Source of the DNA: Naegleria gruberi
Taxonomy: Eukaryota
DNA: 64,000 bases
Strand: one strand, 5' to 3'
NCBI GenBank assembly: GCA_000004985.1
Contig: GG738877.1
The translations under genes were made by a program, and so were the position numbers. Shown here in pieces: positions 56,350 through 64,000 of this stretch (position 1 is its first letter; the number at the start of each line of letters is the position of its first letter). The notes below the pieces were generated by a model. The model had not been told where the DNA came from, did no database searches, and saw only the letters and a program-made list of their open reading frames with translations.

Positions 56350-59300
56350 ATGCCTCTCAGTTTTAATGATCCTCGAGTTGAAGTCATCAAAGACTGGATT
56401 AAGCTCGCGTTCTCATCCACACTCTCTCAAATAAAGAACACAATAGACGTGCTTCATATGGATGATTGCGTTTCGAACTTTCTTGATGGAAATGAAACGT
56501 TTTTAGAAATTTGTCTTTTAGAAAATAATAAGGTTTGTATAGTACAATAGTTATTTTGTAGTGAGATGATACTAATGTTGTATAGTTGAAAATTTCTAAT
56601 GCAGCAACTGGAGTACAATACATCAATGAAATTCACTTCATCAAGAGAAATGAATATCCGATTCAATCAGTTGAGGAAATGAAGATGGATAGCAAGGAAA
56701 ATACAATTAAAGTAGGATCACTTACAAATAATGATTTATCTGCAGGAGTAGACCTTCTTAAAATGTTGCAAAAAGTTTATGGTCCACTTCTCTCAGGAAA
56801 TTCAAAAATTAGTAACCCAACAATTCAAAATTTAATGAACCAATTAGAAATGGGACTTCAATCACTTGTACAGAAACAAACTAATGAGAGGATTAAAGAA
56901 TCAGAAGATTCTGAACAATATTTTTTCCTTACACCTCAAGAAGAATTTCAATACTGGAGCGACACTAGTTCAAGAAGTGAACAGGCCCAACAAATTCATG
57001 ATATTCTAGACCAAAAGAACCTTCTATCAGATTTTTCAAGTCTTCATCAAAAAAATTTAGATGATTTGATTGGAGAGTATGGTTTAATTGACAAGGTAAA
57101 GGATGCTGTGGATTCGATATGGGTAGAGGTTTTGGATCCTAAACCATATCCTGAAGGCAGAATGAAACGTTTGTTGGATGTAATTGGAGGTTCTATCGGA
57201 AGGTTTATTCAAATGAAAATCGGTCAAGTTGATATTTGGCGAGATGATTACCTTTCCATAAAGAAAAAGTTGGACTCTGGTATTGAAATTTGTTATCACT
57301 GGTTAAAAACAGTAGAGGAATTAATTACAATATGGCAAAACGAAGGAAGTCATAGATGGAAATCAGGAAATACAAAAGATATATTTATTCAACAATTACT
57401 ACAAAGATTAGAAGAAATTGAACGTATTAGAAGTAGCTACGAACAATTAGCAAATAATTTATCAGCAGAAGAATGTGCTAGAATTGATTGTTTCTCTCCA
57501 TTTTCAGGTTTAAATCCAGTTTTTATTACTCCATATTCTGAACAATCTTGGAAATCTGGTGTTGTTAGATTTGAAGAAATAATTGAACCTCTTGAAAAGA
57601 GAATTTCCGAAAAGTTAAGAACCAGACTTTCAGCTCTTTCATCAAAACCATTACTATTGTTATTGGAATTTGATAAGAATAGAGATTTAATTAGAAGAGA
57701 CAATGTTAAGAAAGAATTAACTCAAGAAAGAGCTACATTACTAGGACAACTCAGAGCTCACGTACAAACACTCAAAGCAGATTTGGATAACCAAAAATAT
57801 GAAAGTGGAACAAACTCTGATATTGTTAGAAGGATTGTTTCTGTAAAACAAATTGAAGAAAAAATCAAATCTACAATCATTACTGCAGCAACATTTTTGG
57901 ATGATTTACCTGAATCCACAAAATTACAAGAAATTTGTAATTCCATCCAAAATGAAGTTGAAACTTTTATTAATTCAGAAAAGTCTAAATGGGAAAAAGA
58001 AGTTGAAAGAGCAAAGGATGATCTTTCACTGAATGGATCAATGATTAGCCTAGATAGAAATAAGAAAATGGTTGTAAATTATAACGAACGTCTTATTTCA
58101 CTATTAAGAGAAGTAAGACAATTATCAGTTCTGGGATTCCAGTTATCTTCAAGTGTATTGAAGTTAGCAGAGGAAGCAAAGGACTTTTATACTCAAGCAA
58201 TTGCTTTAAAACAAATCGCCAATTTTTATAACAATGTCCATACACAAGTTATTAAGAGTCAATCTTCAATGCTTATTGATGCTGCCTCAAATTTTGAAAG
58301 AGTTATTTTTGAATTCCAAAAAGAGGATAAATCATGGAGCAAGGCTAATGGTGAAAAATATATTGCAAAATTGAAGAGTGCTGCAGAACAATTCACTACA
58401 GAAAATAGAAAATTGAGAAAGTATCACATTCTTATTGGTGATAAAGTTGCTCAATTGATGAATATTGATTTATTAAGAGAAAAAGAATCTTGGGTTGGAA
58501 AAGTTAATGAAATTACCAAAATATTTTCATTTTTGAGAACCCAAAACTATACCAATATGGACAGCTGGAAAGTTCACTGGGATTATAATATATACAAATC
58601 TCTAGATTACCAATATAAAGTTGGTCTTGAAACCTTGAATGAACAATTGCCAGAAATCAAATGCGAGTTAGTTTTCAAGGATAAGAGAGTTCAATTTTCT
58701 CCTGCTTTTGAAAAAATCAAACAAACATACTACGAGAAAATGAGAGATTTTATTGCCTTCCCAGTAATATTTAGAGGCCTAAGCGAGATTGATATTTTCA
58801 AAAATATCACCTATACTAACAATGAAGGAATCAAAACAGTTTACCATAAGGCAACAATTTTATTCACTAGGTTGGCAAAGGTAAAGAAACGTTTTGCTGA
58901 CTATGTTATTTTGGGAATGGTAGATAACGAACTTGAAGAAATTGTTTCACAAACTTTGAATGATACCAATCAATGGGAAGCAAACTTTAGAATGATAAAG
59001 GAAAAGGGTAAGGAAATTGAAAGACTTGAAAATGTTATCAAGATTGATTGTATTTCTGTATCAACAGATACTATCAAAGATACCATTCAAGATCAATTAC
59101 AAAAACTAGGTGATTTACTTGTAAAGACTTTGAGAGCTAAAACTCAAAAACATCTTGATGTTATTGAGCAGTTTATTGTTCAATCATTGGCAAGCTTGTT
59201 GAAGGATCCTCAAAGTATGGATGAAATAGGTAAATCACATGCATACTGTAGAAAACTAAGTGAGGAAAAGTCTGTTTTCTATGCAGAGTTTGATAACTTT

Positions 59301-62300
59301 GAAAAGAAGAATAGATTATTGAGAAGTGTTGCTGGTGTTGCAATTGATGGTTCCTCTATTAAAGAAAAATGGAATGATTTCGATGATACATTACAGGCAC
59401 ACGAACTCTACTTGAAAGATAAGACCAATAACCTTCAAAAGGAAGTGGAGGCAAAACTTATCAATTTCAAGGGAGAACTGGCCAAGTTTGCAAGCAAATG
59501 GCACGAGTTGAAACCTAAGGATAATAGCTTTGTTGATGCTGAAAGTTCAAAGAAGCAAATTGCCTTCATTAAAGAAAAGAGAGAATCATTCCAAGAATTA
59601 CGAAAGAGAGGTGATGAAATCTTAACAGAATGTTCATACTTTGGTGTAATTACACAACCACCAAAGGAATTGACAGAAATTGATGAAGATATTGGTAGAT
59701 ATGAAAAGATTTGGGGTATTTATGAAAAATTCCTAAATGACTTGGAAAAGTTGACATCACAAGAATGGCTTGTTTTCAAAAAGCAAATATTTTCATTCGA
59801 AGATTTTGTTATGGAATGGATTTCTGAATTGAAGGAAAAGGACAAGAATAGTATTACTTTATACATTAGAGAGGAGATTGAAAAGTACAACCAATTCAAG
59901 GATTACTTAAAGTTCATTACTGGTGATGGTTGGCAAGCTGAACATTGGGATAGCTTCTTCAGATTGATTGGTTTAGAAAAAGTTACAGTAGAAGATTTAA
60001 AGTTTGGTCATTTACTACCAAGATCTGCAATTATTATTGAGAAAATTAATAGTATCAAGGAATTGAGTTCTAGAGCTACAGGTGAACAACAAATCAGAGA
60101 CGCCCTCAATGAACTCAAAGCGTGGGGTCTTTCTACAGAGTTTTCTACTTTCGAATACAAGGGTAACAACAAAGTACTTCAACTCATTAAGGAGTGGAAG
60201 GATCTTTTGACTCAAATTGGTGATAACCAATCACTTGCTCAATCTATCAAGGATTCACAATGGGCAGAACCATTCATTGAAGAAATTAAGTCATGGGAAC
60301 TCAAGCTTACCAATTTGGCTGAATATTTGGATTATTTAATGGCCATCCAAAGAAAGTGGTTATATCTAGAACCTATTTTCTCTAGAGGTTCACTTCCTTC
60401 GGAACAACAAAGATTCAATCGTTTAGATAAGGACTTTATTGATATTATTACCAATATCAATGATAAAGGAGGTATTGGTAAACGTGTAGTTATGTTGGAT
60501 AGAATTATTGGCTTGAAAGATAGATTGAAGGGTATTTCTGATGGACTTGATGTTTGTCAAAAGGCTCTTAACAAGTTCTTGGAAGAAAAGAGAAGCGCAT
60601 ATCCAAGATTCTATTTTATTGGTGATTCTGATTTGTTAGAAATTCTTGGTCAATCACAAAACCCAACAGTTATCCAAACTCACCTTAAGAAATTGTATGC
60701 AGGTATTTACAAAGTCCAATTCAATAAGGAACAAGATACAATTATTGCCATGTGCAGCAGTAAGGGTGAAGTTGTACAACTTAAACAACCTGTGAAGATA
60801 ACTGACAAGGTAGAGCAATGGTTAGCCAACCTAGATCAACAAATGATCTTAACCTTACAACAACTTTTATTAGAATGTGATAAGTCAAAGGAATTCGATA
60901 TGGATGCTTTCCCATCCCAAATTCTTTGCTTGCAAGAAAGTGTGAGCTTTACAAGAAAATGTGAACTTGCTATTCAAAACAATGCTTTACCACAACTTTT
61001 GAACAGTGTCAAGTCTCAATTAAGTCAATTTACATCCATCAATGCTAAAGATGACGAAGTTGTTTCTATGAAAGTTAAAGCGCTTATTCTTGATATTATC
61101 CACAATATTGATGTTGTTCAATGTCTTATTGATGGAAACGTTTCTTCTATTCAACATTGGTTATGGCAAAAGCAACTTAGATTTTATATTGAAAATGGTA
61201 AATGTGTAATCAAGATGAGTAATGCCAAGTTTGATTATACTTATGAATATCAAGGAAATGTTTCTAAACTTGTACACACACCATTAACAGATAAGTGTTA
61301 TTTGACTTTAACACAAGGTATGCTTTTAGGTTATGGTGGTAATCCTTATGGACCTGCTGGTACAGGTAAAACTGAAAGTGTTAAAGCGCTTGGACATCTT
61401 TTTGGTAGACAAGTATTGGTTTTCAACTGTGATGAAGGTATTGACTTTAACAGTATGGGTAGAATTTTCATAGGTCTTGTAAAGTGTGGTGCTTGGGGTT
61501 GTTTTGACGAATTCAACAGATTGAAACCAGATCAATTGTCAGCTATTTCACAACAAATTCAAACTATCCAAGTTGCCATTAAAGAAAAATCAGCAAACCC
61601 AATAGAAATTCTTGGAAGCAAAGTTAAAGTAGATTTGAATGCTGGTATTTTCGTTACCCTCAACCCTGCAGGTAAGGGTTATGGTGGTAGATCTCAACTT
61701 CCAGACAACTTGAAACAATTGTTCAGAGCTGTAGCAATGGCTGCTCCAGATAATGAATTGATTGCTGAGGTAATCTTGCTTTCAGAAGGTTTTGAACATG
61801 CCAAGTTTTTGGGTAAAAAGATTGTCAGTGTATTCCAACTTAGCAAACAATTATTGAGTTCACAACAACACTACGATTGGGGCTTGCGTTCTCTCAAGAC
61901 AATTCTTAACATTGGTGGATCTCAAATTAGACAATCTAAAAAACATGGAGCTTCCCTTTCCAAGGAAGCAGAAGCTCAAATCGTTATTAAGGCTCTTCGT
62001 GTTAACACTCTATCAAAACTCACTCATAAGGATGCTGTTCTATTCAATGGAATTATCAAGGATGTATTCCCTGGTATTGATGCTCCTGATATTTCTTACA
62101 TTGAATTGGAAAGAGCTATCAAGGAAGTAATGACAGAGTTGGGATTGATACCGATTCCAAATATGATCAAGAAAATTGTTCAATTCTATGAAGCATGCAA
62201 ACAAAGAATGGGTGTAGTACTTGTTGGTCCTAGTGGTTCTGGTAAGACAACTATCTGGCATGTTCTTTCAGAAGCCCTTAAGAAAATTAATCAAAAGCTC

Positions 62301-64000
62301 AAGAGTTATGTTGTAAATCCAAAGGCAATGCCAAGACACCAACTTTTGGGTCACATGGACATGGATACTAGAGAATGGTTTGAAGGCATTATTACAGCTA
62401 ACTCTCGTATTATTTTGAAGGAAGAGCCAGATGTCATGTCTTGGATGGTTTGTGATGGTGATATTGATCCAGAATGGGTTGAATCATTGAATTCTGTTCT
62501 TGATGATAACCACTTGCTTACAATGCCAACAGGTGAAAGAATTCAATTCGGTTCAAATGTTAACTTTATTTTCGAAACTCACAGCCTCAAGTTTGCTTCT
62601 CCAGCTACTGTCAGTAGAATGGGTGTTATCTTCTTGTCAGATAATGATGTTGATGTAAAGAGCTTTGTACATGCATGGATGAATAGACATGAAGATTTAA
62701 CTGATAATTTAAAGTCACTGGTTGACAACTATTTCTACCAAGCTTTAGATGCTGTTCTCGCTGTTGATCAAAGTGAGTTTGTTATTGAGTCTACTAGTAT
62801 GGGTATTATAATGAATGGTTTATCACATATAACTCCTGATATTTCTACAAAGGGAGAATTTGCTAATTCATTGGTTAAAGGTTTGGGATCATCCTTAAAT
62901 ATCAAGGCAAGAGAAAAGCTTGCAAAGGATATCTATACACTTTGTTCTGAAAGTTCACTCGATTTGAGAAGACCTCTTGATTATTACTACTCTAAACATG
63001 ATTCCTGTTATACCCAATACTCTTTCACTGATTCTGAAGAAATTACATATGAAAGTCTCCAAAATAGTCCTATGATTAGAACTGTAGATATTCAAAGAAC
63101 AACAGATATTATTTATCCTTGGTTACACAATATGGAACCTTTCATTCTTGCTGGTCCTGAAGGTGCAGGTAAAGGTATGCTCTTGGAAAATCTTTTCCTC
63201 GACTTGCACTCTGTTCAAATTGCCAGAATCCACTGTAATTCTCAAACTAATGAGAGCCATGTTATTCAAAAATTGAATCAAACTTGTGCTGTATTCACTA
63301 CAAACACTGGTCGTGTTCTTAGACCAAGAGAAGGAGAAAGACTCATTTTGTTCTTGAAGGATATTAACTTGCCTTGTCCAGATAAGTATGGTACAACCCA
63401 ATTAATTTCCTTCCTACAACAACTTATCACATACAATGGCTATTATGATGATGAACTAAAGTGGGTAGGTTTAGAAAGAATTCAAATTGTTTGCTCTATG
63501 AATCCTGCCACAACTGTTGGTAGATATGAGCTTACAACCAGATTTACATCTATTGTAAGAATTGCTTACATGTCATACACAGACAAGCAACAATTGAAAC
63601 AAATCGTATTTACTTATCTCAAATGTGCTCTATCTAAAGAATTTTCAGGACACGCTGTTTGGAAGCAAACACAAAATATTGATTTGTTGACTGAAGTTAT
63701 GATTGATTTGTATGATAGTGTTTCTAAGAAGTTTACTGTAGATGAATATGCTCATTACCAATTCACTCCAAGAGATCTCACTAGATGGATTCTTGGTTTA
63801 TTGAGCTTTACTATTCCTGCTTCTAGTAATAGATGCACAGAACTTCTAGATGCTTGGACTTATGAAGCAAGAAGAATCTTTAGAGATAAACTTGTAAAGG
63901 ATATTACAGCCTTTGATAATATGGAAGCTGCTATTCATATGAAGTTAGAATCTATTGGATACTCACCTAAGATGCTTGGTAAAATTCTCTTCACTACTTT
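56350..64000 (+). CDS. DYNC2H1: cytoplasmic dynein 2 heavy chain (IFT/retrograde dynein, DYNC2H1), 5' part; the CDS continues beyond the window end; at least 2 exons
   Basis: Exon 1 is 56350..56532 (ATG; ends ..LLENNK|GTTTGT). A 53-nt intron ends at acceptor TGTATAG. Exon 2 runs from 56586 to the window end, about 7.4 kb with no stop, so it is absent from the ORF track. The AAA1 P-loop block [62 protein letters not shown] matches the dynein-2 block ([62 protein letters not shown]) rather than dynein-1. AAA2 reads GVVLVGPSGSGKTT and AAA3 reads FILAGPEGAGKGM. Confidence 0.9.

Noticed and set aside
1-64000. Prokaryote-style features (operons, CRISPR arrays, defence islands, mobile elements)
   Set aside because: The sequence is clearly eukaryotic: spliceosomal introns, eukaryote-specific genes (exocyst, exportin-T, IFT dynein, Ddi1, PDK1), and no direct-repeat arrays, integrases or transposases.

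Overview
This window is eukaryotic nuclear DNA, not prokaryotic. It is about 65% AT and very compact, with roughly 31 protein-coding genes in 64 kb (about 70% coding). Introns are short GT-AG spliceosomal introns. Most are 37-68 nt, a few are 100-234 nt, and donors are GTAAGT, GTATGT, GTACGT or GTAGGT. Stop codons are standard: TAA dominates, and TGA and TAG are also used.

Many 'M' starts in the six-frame ORF track are really TTG or GTG codons that continue an upstream exon. I therefore rebuilt multi-exon genes by hand and checked intron phase at every junction.

Gene content, in order along the window:
- RasGEF (3' part; the 5' end lies upstream of the window)
- SNW/SKIP splicing factor
- PEPCK(ATP)-like protein
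- IFT-dynein light intermediate chain (D2LIC)
- PEBP-domain MRPL38-like protein
- ankyrin-repeat protein
- Kelch-repeat protein
- arginase-family protein
- two F-box-like proteins
- USP deubiquitinase
- PX-domain protein with a C-terminal LRAT/PPPDE-like papain-fold domain
- Ddi1
- long coiled-coil protein
- NHL-propeller receptor kinase
- MAPK
- Sec61beta-like tail-anchored protein (absent from the ORF track)
- exportin-T
- exocyst Sec6
- PDK1
- DcpS
- two-ring AAA ATPase (Pex6/Pex1-like)
- F-box/Ras-like degenerate GTPase
- tRNA-dihydrouridine synthase
- IFT-dynein heavy chain DYNC2H1 (runs off the 3' end)

The IFT-dynein genes imply a ciliated or flagellated unicellular lineage. Gene density and intron statistics would fit a heterolobosean such as Naegleria, but that is only a guess. 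I found no rRNA, tRNA, transposon, CRISPR array or defence-type island.

Most interesting:
- a Ras-like protein with all G-motifs degenerate, fused to an F-box
- a PEPCK-like protein lacking the catalytic P-loop
- a PX-LRAT/PPPDE fusion
- a MAPK with a T-N-Y activation motif
- a receptor kinase with an extracellular NHL propeller
- two reading-frame breaks inside a homopolymer or microsatellite (DcpS and the coiled-coil gene) that look like assembly indels
- several genes the ORF track splits or misses.
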